Part shown: positions 48,801-62,066 of the stretch, one piece after another
Layout of the letters: each line of letters begins with the position of its first letter
Numbering within the stretch: the stretch's first letter is position 1
Source of the DNA: Marsupella aquatica
Taxonomy: Eukaryota > Plantae > Marchantiophyta
Direction: 5' to 3'
Assembly (NCBI GenBank): GCA_973895155.1
Contig: OZ316895.1
Span: 5,211,181-5,275,180, forward strand
DNA: 64,000 nt
Translations under genes and position numbers: made by a program
The notes under the pieces: model-generated
What the model saw: only the letters and a program-made list of their open reading frames with translations
What the model was told of the DNA's origin: nothing
Database searches by the model: none

Positions 48801-51800
48801 AGCTGCGCGCATCGGTTGGCAGCTTAGGTCCTACTCCTGCAACATGCATGTACAAGCCAGGTTGCATGTGATGTACCTGAAAGCTAGCTTCAAATTTTAG
48901 CTTATCAACTCGATCGATCGGTGGCCCAGATCGTCTGCAGCCAGGTTACCGTATCGAATAATGCTACCATCGTCCTCACCACAGAATTACATTACACAAT
49001 CGGATGTAACGTGTCTGCCTTGACAAAGAACTTGGGCCAGGCACTGACTTGACGGGCTTCCTCAGACGGGTTGCCTTGACTCGCTCCCGTTACACACTTG
49101 CAGGAATTTAAACAATTTCGCTATTGGGTGCACGTTCTGTCCGGAATATGTTTTTGCCATTGTGCCCACAATTCCCACTTAATATTCTAATGCGAAAAGT
49201 CGTTATAATTTGAATGAGCAAAGTCAAAAAAGCTGAATGTTCCTTGCAACCCGTAAAGCTAACCAATCTCTGAACTTTGTTCCAGCATTGGAGGGTGTGG
49301 CAGGGATTTCGCTTCAGAGAACAATCATTAAGATACCTTGATCAATTTGGACTGGGCAAGGCAAGTTTTCCACACTTCACTTTGCTGTGTGAACTATGTA
49401 GATGTGTGAACTACAGTACATTTCCAACGTGAGAAGGTGTGGATCAACTACGCGGTCATAGAATGATGTGCTCTGACTCTAGAAGGGTTCTTGAAAGAAC
49501 AGTCCAACAAGAGTAGCAGTACGATATATCTCTCTTCAAAGTGACATGTCGGAGGCCCTGCGGGAGACTTTTCACTTCATTGACTGAAGCAGTTCCTACA
49601 CTCATGCTTGAACTCTCCTCTTGCTTGATGGGACGTTTGAACGTGTGGGAAAGCCGGGCAGATGAAAAACTAGAAACGAGTGGCTGAAACGAATCAACAA
49701 GACAGAAGTCCAGGCTTTAAGAGAGAAATCGTCTACAATGTTGGTCTTGGGAATTTAGAAGCCTTACTGTTGATTGAACACTTTGAACCGGTACTGTGGT
49801 TCTACGCCTTCTTGTCACAGTAGGCTGAAAGCTGTGATGTGGCACATGAAACGGTGGATCCCGCGTCTCTCCCGACTATTGCTGCAAAGCTAGAGTCCTC
49901 AATGTTCGACTCGATCCAGGCCAGGGCAGAGCCTCCTTTGATTTTGCTGCGGCAATTCTTGCCTGGGAAGAATCGAGCGAGGGATGTGCAGTAGCTGTCT
50001 GTCAGTAGCTGGTACTTGAGCCGTCCTACCGTGCACATGCCTGCCCTTTAGATGAGCTGTTTGTAGGACAGCTACGTGGATTCAAACAGATACTGTTCCC
50101 GCCGTGAGAAAATTTTACGACATCTCTCAACCTGATTTGGACAATCGATCGATACATAGCTCATCACTTTGGCAGACTTGAAATGCGTCACAGAACTCTA
50201 TCGTCACACGCTAACGTCGAATCTTTCTAGAATACCAGACCAGTGATGACAGACTATCAAGCCGCTACCCTAGCATTTTAGCCTAGATCATAGCTTTTGC
50301 AACGCGATGGCCTCCACGAACGAAACGCAGATACAGTTTTCGAAGAGTTCATAAAGCCACTTTCTTAATTAACTTTTCTTTGATGCGTCAGAATCCACGA
50401 TATGACATGCGACGGACCAGACATCTTCGTCTCTACCCACATAAACGATAAAATGGGCCCCGGAACTACTAGGTGTCGAGGGGTCAGAGGATCATGCATT
50501 CCCAGCGAAACGAGTGGCGGACAGTCATGACACATGTGGGTGAGAGATGACGATCGAGCCAGAAGCCAATACGATCATAACGATGATAAGTACGACGGGT
50601 CTGTGATTCATGGGCAGATATCGTTACAAAGGAGACAATCGACTCATCATAACATGATACAATAGAAAAAGCACTCGAGATTCTTGAGAGTTCACAAAAC
50701 TTGTGGTCGACAACAAATTCCCAGAATAAAATCGTTAAGAATTTCATCTTCTCTTCCAAAGTCTCAAACATGAATAATCAACACGATGCTACATGTAAAA
50801 GGATGATCAACGAGCTATTTAAGCTGGCCACAACACAAGCGAGCTTGACCTGCGGACGCGCAGGTATTGCCAGACTAATGTACTCCAAGAGAGCTGAGAC
50901 TGCGGAAAAAAGGGGTCCAGCAGTGGAGTACGTCCGGAAGCCGAGCTTGAATCGGGAACTTCAAAAAAACTGCTCCTTCCTGTGGCAAATCTAAACTGAT
51001 ACGAAGTTACGAAGAAAATTGGACCCACCCGATCAATCGGGCATCTCCAGTAAACTCCCTAGTGTACCTATTGATCATCTATTCCAACTCGTCTACCTGA
51101 TTATGAAAACTCGACTAACTTAGCTTGGTGCCAGCGCTCGGCCGATCAGAATCTTACTAGCTCAGATATACAACAAGATATCTACCACCGGCCGACCAGC
51201 GTATGTAGCAACGTACCAAGTGTGCAAAACTCTGCCTTAAAACTTCTCGCTGTACATTGACAACGAGGAGCAACAAGGAGAAGGACTAAACTAAGACCTA
51301 AGATCTGAGAAAGGCCAACTTGCAGTGCGTGTGCATACACTAGTGACTGACCTGCGTGCTAGATAGGTGCTAAACTAGCCTAGCCTGATTCAGAAGCTGA
51401 GTGTGTGTGTAATCAGCGTGACCGAGGGCATCACCTGAACAGATACAACTTGATTCTAGATAAACTGCTCAGACGATGTTCAAACCCTCAAGTGTGGCTG
51501 ACTGTGTTTGTGTTTGTGACTGTATCTAACATCTGTACAAAAAACAGTGGGACGAGGCATCGCCAGATCAGAACCCACGAAATCGCCAGCAATATGCTGA
51601 AAGAACTTGCCAATGTTTTGGTGTACGAAAAACCTAACTCCTCAGACCACCTCTCAAGCAAGCCGACCTTAAAATTTGCGGCTAGTGTGAGAAATACGAG
51701 GCTCTGAGTGTATATTGGGAGCTCCTTCAAGCCCGAAGGCTGCCTCCGCTTCGTCGCTTCACTTGTTGCAGAATCCCCACTCCGACTCGAGCACTAATGC

Positions 51801-51986
51801 TTGCCTGCTACCATGCTCCCGAGTTTCCAAACTTCTTCTCGCGAACGATACTGCGCACTAAAGAGTGTTTAATCGAATAGGTCCCATGCAATTTCCGCTT
51901 GCAAGGCCTTCCCACGGCATCAAACTTACAGCTACTTCCTGGACGACCTCAATTGGCCAATCCAAGGATATGTAATCGCGAGATTG

Positions 51987-54044
51987 CTACTTGCAATCTC
52001 TCCAGACATATAGCTGTCGAGTTAATGACATTGTGGGAAGGGTGGCGGAATGCGGTTGGGGCATCATCATCGATGACGACACTCTTGACGCAAGAACATC
52101 CCAAGTTAAGTCTGTCACGTCGAGATTGGGAGCATTGCTGAGCAGATTCTCATCAATATCTGCCCACATTGTACTTCCTTCGAAGTTGGCGGCACTACTT
52201 AAAGTGTCACACTCGAGCTCGCTGGATCTGCAGGGAGAGAGCGCTGATCCTGACTCCCCTGCAGAAACCAGCATTGGAGGACTGTTGTCCATGAAGTCGG
52301 GACAATCCCGCCGCCTCATGAACTCCACCTCTGCTGCTGCCACGCTATCGCGGTAACTTACCTCGGCTGCTTCTCCTCCACTTGCTGCTGACATTCCCGC
52401 AAGATCACTCGACCCGCTCACCATATTATTCTGCGAACGGGCTCGAGTCGCACCTAGAAAACTGGCCGAAGTATCTGTGACATGTTGCTGTTGCACAGAG
52501 GTTTCTACACCACTGCTTGACATGTCCTGTGCACAACCTGTGTCGCCTTCACCACTGAGACGATCGCTGTTTACTGCTGTTGCTGTCGTAACTCCTGATA
52601 CTCCTACTGATGCTGCTGACACCGACGGCCCTACTGCTGATGCTGCCGATGAAGCTCGCTGCTGTTGCGCTATGGATGATGAAAACTCTCGATGATCTCG
52701 ATTCGGATTACTGTTGTGAAGAGCAATAGCTTGAAGTTTTGCGTCGAGAGTAGAAGGCAGCGGCCTGATCTGATCAGGACCTCCTCCTCTCCACCCGTCA
52801 GTAGATCCTCCCGGATAGAATCTCACAGGATGCTGGATCTGGGGGAAATTAAGCCTAGCATACTCACCCCGCAGTTTGTAAGCCGCCTGATCGTAGGCAA
52901 ACGCGGCCTCCTCTGCCGTGTCGAAAGTGCCGAGCCAGAGACGGGTCCGATTGCGAGGGAGACGAATCTCCGCCACCCACTTTCCCCAGTGTCTCTGCCT
53001 GACTCCTCGGTACAGCTTCGTCTGCCTCGGACCAGCGCGCTTATCATTTTTATGGAATTTCATACTCTGCCCTCTCGGGCTCAAATTGACTGACTCGCTC
53101 CACGAGCTGTGCTGCCTGAACTGTGGCTGAGCTGCAGAGAAATTCTGCCTCGACTGCTGCACAACTTGAGCCTGCATCTGAAGGAGATGCGAAGCCTGCA
53201 ATTGCTGGAGTGCAAACAACTGTTGATGGTGAGCACCTCCATCATGAAGATCGCAGGAGGAAGGATGTAACAGCTGCTGCTCCACCTTTCCGACGGCCTG
53301 GACACGTCCTAAGAAACCATGATCTACATCCACCTCCTGCAACACGTATGGTCGAGATTCACCGGACGTACTGAACAGATCGGAGCTCGAGAAAAGCCCA
53401 GCTTGCCCGTCCGGCACTGGAGAGCTACACCAACTCGCGGGTAGAGAACCCGCAGTTCCGGAGTCATGGAACTTTCCGCAGGTACCCATATTCGATTGAA
53501 GTACGTTGGTATACACCGGATGTGCTGCATTGGGACCAACTCCTGCAGCAACAGGCAACAACGGTGGTTGTATTGACAGAAGATGCGTTGCAAGGCTTAG
53601 ATGCAAGTCGCTGCTGCTTGTACCGGCTCCAGTAAGCTGGCTCAGCATCGACGTCTCGGTCATTGGTTGCCCTCCAGTTGCCAGCCTCTCCGACAGATCT
53701 CTCGAAGGTTCGTCCGCACTTCCCCATCCTGATTCTCCGTAGGACGACGAATTCGAGCTCGAGTTCGATTCTGGGCTTTCCGGCAGATTCAATCTCGCCA
53801 GTGCTGACGCATTGAGGTCTGGAAAAGGCTCAGCCAGCTTCAGATAGCCTGCCTTACTTGAAGGAAAGGACAACTCGGACATACAAATATTGCCTTCATC
53901 AAACTGCAATTTGTTGCTCTTAGGTCCAGTAACGAAGAAATCCGTATGTCGAAGCGGCTCGATTCCAACTGCTACTGCTGCCATGTGGATGTTCTTGAAG
54001 TCTTCAACGTTGTACTTATCTTCCATCAACTGCTTCTCTCCCAT
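51987..54044 (-). CDS. AP2/ERF transcription factor, group I / DREB A-6 (RAP2.4/WIND-like), single coding exon, 685 aa
   Basis: AP2 domain [59 protein letters not shown] (~52840-53015). Group-I accessory motifs [21 protein letters not shown] and a C-terminal P..D..WDVL. Confidence 0.95.
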   Translation of the reverse strand: MGEKQLMEDKYNVEDFKNIHMAAVAVGIEPLRHTDFFVTGPKSNKLQFDEGNICMSELSFPSSKAGYLKLAEPFPDLNASALARLNLPESPESNSSSNSSSYGESGWGSADEPSRDLSERLATGGQPMTETSMLSQLTGAGTSSSDLHLSLATHLLSIQPPLLPVAAGVGPNAAHPVYTNVLQSNMGTCGKFHDSGTAGSLPASWCSSPVPDGQAGLFSSSDLFSTSGESRPYVLQEVDVDHGFLGRVQAVGKVEQQLLHPSSCDLHDGGAHHQQLFALQQLQASHLLQMQAQVVQQSRQNFSAAQPQFRQHSSWSESVNLSPRGQSMKFHKNDKRAGPRQTKLYRGVRQRHWGKWVAEIRLPRNRTRLWLGTFDTAEEAAFAYDQAAYKLRGEYARLNFPQIQHPVRFYPGGSTDGWRGGGPDQIRPLPSTLDAKLQAIALHNSNPNRDHREFSSSIAQQQRASSAASAVGPSVSAASVGVSGVTTATAVNSDRLSGEGDTGCAQDMSSSGVETSVQQQHVTDTSASFLGATRARSQNNMVSGSSDLAGMSAASGGEAAEVSYRDSVAAAEVEFMRRRDCPDFMDNSPPMLVSAGESGSALSPCRSSELECDTLSSAANFEGSTMWADIDENLLSNAPNLDVTDLTWDVLASRVSSSMMMPQPHSATLPTMSLTRQLYVWRDCK

Positions 54045-55072
54045 CGAAATTTACCTGCAGCGGATCGCGCCCCAAACGGTTCTCGAGTTGCAAGAACGGA
54101 AGGCGAGCTCGTAACAGAATCGCCGTGTACAACTCAGCGGCACCGAACGGAGGTGAGCGAACTCAGAATCAAAAGGGATGGAAGGGATTAGACTGGATGA
54201 AGGATCGAGACACTTACTAGAAAAAAAAAAATTAGAAACACAAACCCCCTTTTCGAAAACTGAAGGTTGATAAAAGACTTCAGCTTTGGAAGCAACAGAG
54301 TTGAACAGTTCTGTGTACACAGATCTCGACAACTTCGTGCTGGACAAGGCACAAGGACCAAAATTGCGCGCTTGGTTGAGGGGGGCCTAAAGGACCCTCA
54401 CTTTCGGAGCAAACTAAGGACTCGGACGAAGGCACGAGACTGCGGGAACTCGGTACACAAACCCACTAATACACAAATCACAGTCCAGTCTTCTGTCTAT
54501 TCTCTAAGACCAAACTGTGAAGTACAACTCACACAGAGGGAATAGGAAGACAGTCTGAGAGAAAGGAAAACGAAAACGTAGAGATCGACGAACACAGGAA
54601 CGCGAGAGACAATGCAGCTGAGAAAATCCCACACAAGGCCGTGACAGCTATCGTGCAAAGAGAAGAAAGGCAGCTAAAACGGTTTGGGAGGGAGGGAAAA
54701 GGAGATCAAATTGATTTGAGTTGCTCGCCTTCAAATGCTGCGCCGTTCCTGAACTGAGTGTGGCACGTTGATTGTCGTCATCGAAATCATGTCTCGCGAA
54801 TCGTTCATGAGCTCATCAGTTTGGCTTGCGACCCGCTCGGTGCAGATTGAGAACCGAGAGAGGAAATCAGATGATCCCGCCGAAGATGGAAACCAGCAGA
54901 TCGAACCTCTCCAGATCCCTTGTCAGAGATGAAGTTAAACCTTCGAAGACTACACTCGATCTCCACTCTCAGAGCTTCGATCCAGGTTGCTTCTTAAGGT
55001 AATTGGTGCTTGCAAACTCGACTCAGATCGATGTCAAGCTGCACGAAAGCACACGAGATGTACACGCACACG

Positions 55073-55112
55073 GGGAGAGAGACGAGGGAGAGAGAGAGAG
55101 ATAGAGATAGAG
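55073..55112. repeat. (GA)n/(CT)n microsatellite upstream of the ERF gene
   Basis: gggagagagacgagggagagagagagagatagagatagag. Confidence 0.8.
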
Positions 55113-58100
55113 GACACAGGAAGGTGCGTTCGGTGAGATGGGAGCTCACGCAAGGCAGTCTACCCAAACTACGATCCGGAAGCCGAAAACAAAAGAGTGG
55201 TGATCCAGGATCAGACTTTGTAGGCTGCAGCACCAAAAGCCAAAAGTAGTAAAGGAGCCTTGGCTTGGGCCTGGAGAGTGGATTCAGAGGTGCAGCAGAA
55301 GGAGATTGATTGCCGTCACCCTCCCCCACAAAGGTACTGACGGTTGCTTACACCTGGTAGTACAACCCGGGCCCCCTCCCTCTCTTCTCTCTCTGCGAAA
55401 GTACTGTCCGTCCTCCTTTTGCGATGAATCTCGTCCCGAACCTCACTCACTCCCCAGAACACCTTCTCTTGCTAGTGTTGTTGTGAAGTGCAGCTCTCTT
55501 TAACCACTGATACCACTACCCGTATATCCGATGCGGTAGACTGTCAAGCGACCCGACAACAGCTCCCACAATCGGAAGTACACATTTTCGCTCCGTTTGC
55601 TTTTCTATCCAGCGACTCGTGCCATCATGGGACCGCCCACCAAACTGCTTCTGCCACGGGTGCCGCAGCTGATCGAGAGCACGAGCACTTCATGGATGGC
55701 TGCTGCTGTTGCTGCTGGCTGCCAAAGCGAAGCATCCAACTGATGAAGGATGGCTCGTCTTGTATTGATGCAGGAGTAGATTTCGTAGTACGCTTGTAAT
55801 GTTTGCAGGCAGGTAGCACGCGAAATGGCCGGAAGCGAATCAGGAGAGTGAACGAATGATCAGCAGAGCAGCAGGGAGCATAAACAAGAGCGCGCTCGAG
55901 AGACAGTCCGTGTTTTGCTGATGCATAACTCGTTGATTGATTGAACGCTTGAATGCTTGATTGCTTGACTGATTGAAGTCGAGAGAAAACGCTGCGCCCG
56001 GACACTCTTTTGAGCATGTAGGCCGGCTCGGAATTTGCGGCGTGGCCCGCTGCCCGAAACAGTAAAAGGTTTTCTTCACGGACCCCTTCAACGTGCGCTG
56101 GTCTCCAGTATCCCGACACGTGTTTCTGGCGGTCCCATTTCTTTGTCGTCTTTAGGGCAGACAAGTCTCTCTCCCCCGTTCGCCGCCGGTTCGTTCCTGC
56201 CCGAAACCCTGCTGGCAGCTGGCGGGGACAATTATAATTTATAATTTATATCCCTGCCCGCTGCCCTGCCCGGGTCTCGGGCAAGCTCACAAAAATCTCC
56301 CTGACACGCCGCCGGTTTGACGTCTGCCCGTAGCCAGGAAGAAGGTTCACGGCAAAATTCGTCCGGAGAAGCGGGCCGACGAAAAATTTTGCACGGTTTT
56401 TCAGGGGGAAGCCCGCGGTGGCGTCTACAGAATTGGCAGCCGAGTTATTTTAATTGGAGAAAAGTTCTAGAGTGGATTGATTAGTGCGTCATTTATAATT
56501 CTGACTCCTTTTCATTATTAAGTGGTGGACGTAATATTTTCTGACATAGAATTTATTATTGATATTTATTTGATTGGCTCATTGGCTGAGAGGAATGACA
56601 AATAGCTACTGTGGGACTGCCAATTAACTGGCCTCAGAAGCGGTGGCAATCTCATGGATCAGTGGCTTCGGAGCTGTGGTGATCTCTTGCTCACCCAAGG
56701 TATGTTTTTGGGCAGCAGTTAGATTAGTCTATATGGATGAAATGACTTCATGTTTAGGGTGTCTATCACAACATTTGGTGAGTTCAGCGGGCAGCATCTA
56801 AGAAGAAGTGAGGAGAAATTGGGCCAGGTAAACGTTGTACAATAATTCTTTGGAGAGGAATTGAACCCCTCCATGCTTCCAAAGACACATGCTGCCAAAG
56901 CACATTCCCACACCCCACCCCCTCCAACCTCCCAAACTCCATGGCACCCTCCAAAGTGCTCAAACACCCAAAAGGAAATCAAGGAAGACAAGTACTGATC
57001 CCAATCAAGAGGTACAGAACACAAAGGTACAAGAGGTGGTGAGGAGGTACATATCATTGGAAGGACACTGTTGATTGAGGCACCAAGTGTCTTGAGAGGG
57101 TTTTGCTAGCTATTAGTGTCAATTGTAAGGAGTTGTCCTTACTACAAATATTGTCTCCTAAGAATTTGCCTAATATTTTGAATATTTATAAAGGAAACTC
57201 TTTGTTATTGCCCCAATAAAAAAAGGACTGACACCTATAACCCATTCCTGGCTAGGGCTATGAAGTTTGTGAGGTTACTTCACTAGTGTAACTTTCAACC
57301 AAAAAAGTGTGTATGCCAGGCTTTGGCTTGCAATAACCAGAATGGTTGTCCATGATTCCCTTGCATTGCAAATAGAGCAGCCTGCCCTGCCTGTTCCTCA
57401 CCATGCCCCAACAATCCTACATTCAACAATGGGGCCAGGTAATTGTTGAGCATGGACGACATTCACAACGATAAGCCCATGACACATTCAACACACAAAT
57501 AGTCGACATAAGAGATATGTGCTTCACCACCTTGAGGCTAGTCCACAGGACCACACAAGAGAGCTTTATTGAACACTAAACTTGTCGGTCATACCGAGTC
57601 TCCAAAGTGTAAGCACTCTATCTCTTAAGTGACTTTGTAACAATGAGCTTTAGTTCCACTTATCCAAGCAAGCACTATTTAGTATATAGTGTGCAACTTA
57701 GTTAACTTAATCATATCTCCAACTATGGTTAACCTAACTATAGTTACATATCTTAACCCTAGACTTAAGAGTAAATGCCTAATAGTAACCCCCCTAGGAG
57801 CTTACTGACCTCCCTCCTGCCTAGTCATTCACATTCAAGATTGAATGTGAGCACATCATTCTCATGGCTAGAGATGGTTGCATGAAACTTAATGAACATA
57901 CTACTTCAAACAAGCAAACCAGTGCATCCACTCTTGAGACAGGACTCAACACAACAGCTCGCATGCCTGCTCACCTAGTTCAACATTTGAAAGGCGTGTG
58001 GTTTTGGGGTGCACTGGTGGGAATGCTCATGCAGCCCTCCATGCCAAAGCCCCCTAAAAATCTGGATTGGCTACTGAGCTCAGTTAAGTAGGTTGCCTTT

Positions 58101-58133
58101 TTGTAAAAGTAAGAGTGTGCAACTACTTAATTG

Positions 58134-58189
58134 AGCTCACATCCCTAGGTAGCCTATGAATTAAGCAAGCTACCTAGGGATTATGAGCT
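58134..58189. repeat. Inverted repeat / hairpin
   Basis: Perfect 13-bp stem ATCCCTAGGTAGC (58141-58153) / GCTACCTAGGGAT (58169-58181), extended by agctca/tgagct. Confidence 0.8.
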
Positions 58190-61140
58190 TTGACTCTGGG
58201 TATGGTTAAAGTTGCAAACTAAAAAGGGAGAAAGTAGACAAGAGGGGCAGGACAAAGGAGTTACCACCACCTGTCCAAGAGGATTTGCCCCTAGGATAGT
58301 TCTTGGGAAAAGGTAAAAAGTGCCTCCCACAACCTGAAGGCATCAACCTTGCTGCCAATTTTCTGCCCACTACCTCAGCCCCAAATTCTCATCCTACAAT
58401 GTCTTGCATGTTATTGGTTGAACATTTGCCTTGGGGGCCTCACTCCACATGGTCCCATATCACGTGGAACGGTTTTACTTAGGTCAAAAAACAAAATACC
58501 ATTGAAACATATTATCAACCAGATTATGCATTTCTCTTTTTTTTACCAAAGTTTTAGAAAGCACAGAAAGCTAAATAAGATGTTTCTAGCACAAAAGTGA
58601 ATGATATTGGTTATTTCACATCTATCATGAAAGAAACTATGTCAGTTAGACTTCATATCATTTGCATTTAAAATAGGAATATCTCCAATATAGGTTCTTT
58701 ACTAAATAGGTGAACTGGAATATTAAGCAAGGACAAATTGCACATAAAGAAAACACTAAAGTAATACTTGGGAACAAAACAGAGAAATTGGAGTCATGGT
58801 ATCAATCAAAAGGTGACAACTAAATCTGTAGACAAAACAACATTTAGTGATGTAAAAGAACAATCATGTTTATGGTAATGTGGTGGAATGTGTTCACCCT
58901 TTGAGAAGTTGCCACATATTGCCACATAGTATAATTATACCCTATTCTTTTGGATATGCAATAACCAGGAGGAGAGAAAATAGCAAGACTGGAACCAGTA
59001 TGTGTTACTCCCTGACCCCTAGCAATAGCAATAATGGATTTGACATGCAAATAGCAAAAGGGTGCAATAAATCAAAATTTTGATTGATTTTTATCATCAA
59101 ATTGTAAAGAACAATCTCGGGGCCGCCTTATATGGAGGCCTCCCCATCATCTACAACGTGTTTAGGCCTCAAATCTTTTAAAATGCAAAAATATTATTAA
59201 TGTTTTGCAAAAAATTGAAGAAAAATACATTAATGGACTTAAGAGTCTCAAAATTGGATTTAAAAGACCCTATTGTTCTTCTAACAAAATTAGTAAGTCT
59301 TCCTTTTTGAACCAATAAAATAACCTTATCCTTCATCGCACCTGATGTTCTATTTTTGTGGTAGTGAAACCCCCAAGAGATCTAGAGGCAATTTTATATG
59401 GTGACCCTTTAGAACTATTACATGGTGATATCAATGCGACCCTAATTGATTTGCCCGATGCAGGGTGCAAATACCTTGTGCCATGCGTCATGCCACCTTA
59501 GTACATATGGCAAACTTGGTTAGTCTCCAGGGGTTGACTACCAAAAATCTTAGTAACCACGTGCATTCCAAAATATTTTTTATCTAAATTAGCTAAATTC
59601 TTAAAAAACATAAGAGACAAAAGAAGATATTATAAACTAACATTTATAGAATGTTCTCTAGTATTTACCTTTTAAAAAGTAAAATTGAAAATAGAGAATA
59701 TTTTTGGAATATTCATTTATAAAATAGGTGTATTTATATTAGGCTAGGATTGTGATACCCCAAAATATACACTAAGGTAACCCCCCGAGTGGTTGGTACA
59801 CGTGTCCCATCCCAAGGGTATGTTTAGGGTTAAAGGGCATTACTAGGGGCATTACATAGAATGTTTGAGTATGGACAAGGGTTTTAGGTGGGTTTTGGGA
59901 TGTAAGGTGACCCCAAAGCCTCAAAGCGATATGAGGGCGGGTACAAGGGTGAATACAAGTTTTTGGGTGGGTTTGGGATGCACACTAAGTAACCCAAAAC
60001 CCCAAGGTGGATGCTGGCAAAGCCTGAGGCCAATCCTTATGGCTTTCATTGTGGCTTTGATGCAGCCACCACTCAGATTTGGCTATGCGATGTTGGTGCA
60101 ACCCGGGAATGCTGAAAGCTTTGGAGCTGTGTGAGGCAAGATATAGGGTTGCGGGATTTTGGCAAGGAGCTATGCTACATTTGTTCAGGCATACATGTAA
60201 AGTTGAGGATTTGTTAAGACCTTAGTCAAGGCATACATTTTGTTGCAAGTTTTGTGAGGCAGTAGAATGATTGTAACATGCATGCAAAAGTTTATAACCT
60301 GGTTTCAAGGCCTTTATACATGGTGTAAGTGTGGATTTATGATATCTCCAAGGGGTAAATTTATTCTCTAAACTAAGTTTTAAGAATAACAAGAGAAATT
60401 TTTCTAGGCTCCCCAAAATAATGAGGGGTATCTAGGACCGGGGTGTATGCATGTATGACTCTTTAGTTTACAAAGGCTGGGGGGCCAGGGTGTTTACTAT
60501 TATATAGGTGAATTTGAATTTTAAGCAAAGGACTACTTGTACATAAAACTAGCTTTATACCTGATAACCCAACACAGAAAATGGGGTCATGGTACCTACA
60601 CATCAAAAAGTGACAGCCTGATAATTATGTAGAAAGAATAAAATGTTGATGTAAGCAAATAATTGGGCGACAGCCAAATAATTAAGCACGAGAGGCAATC
60701 TCGAGGCGGATCAATGCCTCTAATCGTACCAAGCCGGGCAGGTTGGTGATTCGGGCAGTTTGTGGTGACACATCGCCACAAATCAGTGAGGGACAAGGGA
60801 CAGGCCTTCATGATGGAGGCTGTCCCTCCAGCTTTTGCCCTGCCCCTCGCGCTGGCGCCGAGGAGTACTGTCCCTCCCGCAGCACCCGTCCCTCCCGTCG
60901 CTGCCATCCCGTCGCCACCATCCCGTCGACCATGTTGCGCCCATCGCTCCCGAACACCCTGTCCTCATCGTATTCACCGTAAGAACACCCCGTATTCACC
61001 GTATGAACAATTTGGGCGGGGTACACATTCAAAATGATGGCCCATGGCGCACAATTGATCCACAGCCCCGGATTGTCTTTGTTTCACTGTGTGTGCTCTC
61101 ATGTTTTCTTCGAGCAATTTAGGGGCAAGCCTTGCACACC

Positions 61141-62066
61141 ATGGCCAACCCGAATCCACTAGGGAGTGGCCAGGATTATAACCAGAATCCTATGCCGACA
61201 CCGACACCAGTGTATGTGAAGGATGCAGTGTTTACAGGGCCAAACACTTTTGCAGATTTGCAAGAGAGGATGCGATTGTTTCGAGTGGCATTCAACAATG
61301 CGAAGGACTCAGAAGGAGGCAAACGGGATATGAGAAAGGATACCACATTCACGCAGTCTCTGCAGGACAAGTTCAATGACATGAATGTCAAAGATGATGC
61401 GAAGGCACCATGGAATTGTCCGGATCGCCCCATAGCGCAGCTCAAGAAATGCTACCATGAAAACAATCAGTGTGATAGAACTCAACATCCGCCGCCCGGT
61501 GAATTTGATAGTAGTCATTTGCAATGGTTTGGGACCAGGAACGACTTTGCCTGGATTCCTAAAAACCGCATGAATGATTTTATTTGGGGAGAAAACATGA
61601 GGGACGGATTTCATACGCAGTTCTCAGTAAGGAAGTCCTTTGACCATAAGATTAATCGATCAGGGCCTCTTGAGAAGACAATGACTTGGTACAACTGCTA
61701 GTTTGGTCCGCAAGACAAGCGTCACTGGAAGGACCTCATGGGTAGCCAAGTTCCAGAGATCTTGAATTCAAAAGAAGGTGGCGTGTACCTAAAAAATAAA
61801 ACAATCACAGGTGAGTTGATAAAAAAGTCCCCATGCAACATGACATTCTGCCACAAATCTGACATTGCACGTTCCACGGGATAAAGGACAATGTATTTGC
61901 ATTTTTGCAGGATAGTGTATTTGAAGTTGTCACTTGTGCTACGTCTGTTCGAATCAATCATCTCACATAATCACTATCTGCTAATCTAATGTGATTATGT
62001 AATGTGCTTATTGACCAGGACACTCCATCAAGCGGGGCTGCAAGTGTAGTTTCACTGCAACAAAAA
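61141..62066 (+). pseudogene. 5' part of a second MULE/SWIM-family transposase-like gene, interrupted by a CACTA insertion
   Basis: AWIPKNRMNDFIWGE..F..YNC*FGPQD, intron 61778-62018, then GHSIKRGCKCSF. This resembles the N-terminus of plant SWIM zinc-finger/MULE proteins (IP..R..DFI.GE, WC.FGP.D, KRGC.C.F). TAG at 61699. Confidence 0.7.

Noticed and set aside
39952-51730. Numerous 60-180-aa ORFs in the long intergenic region
   Set aside because: No homology cues or splice-consistent structure; compatible with chance ORFs and repeat debris.
57520-57865. Possible solo LTR (AATAAA- and TATA-like signals on minus)
   Set aside because: No TSD or second copy could be identified.
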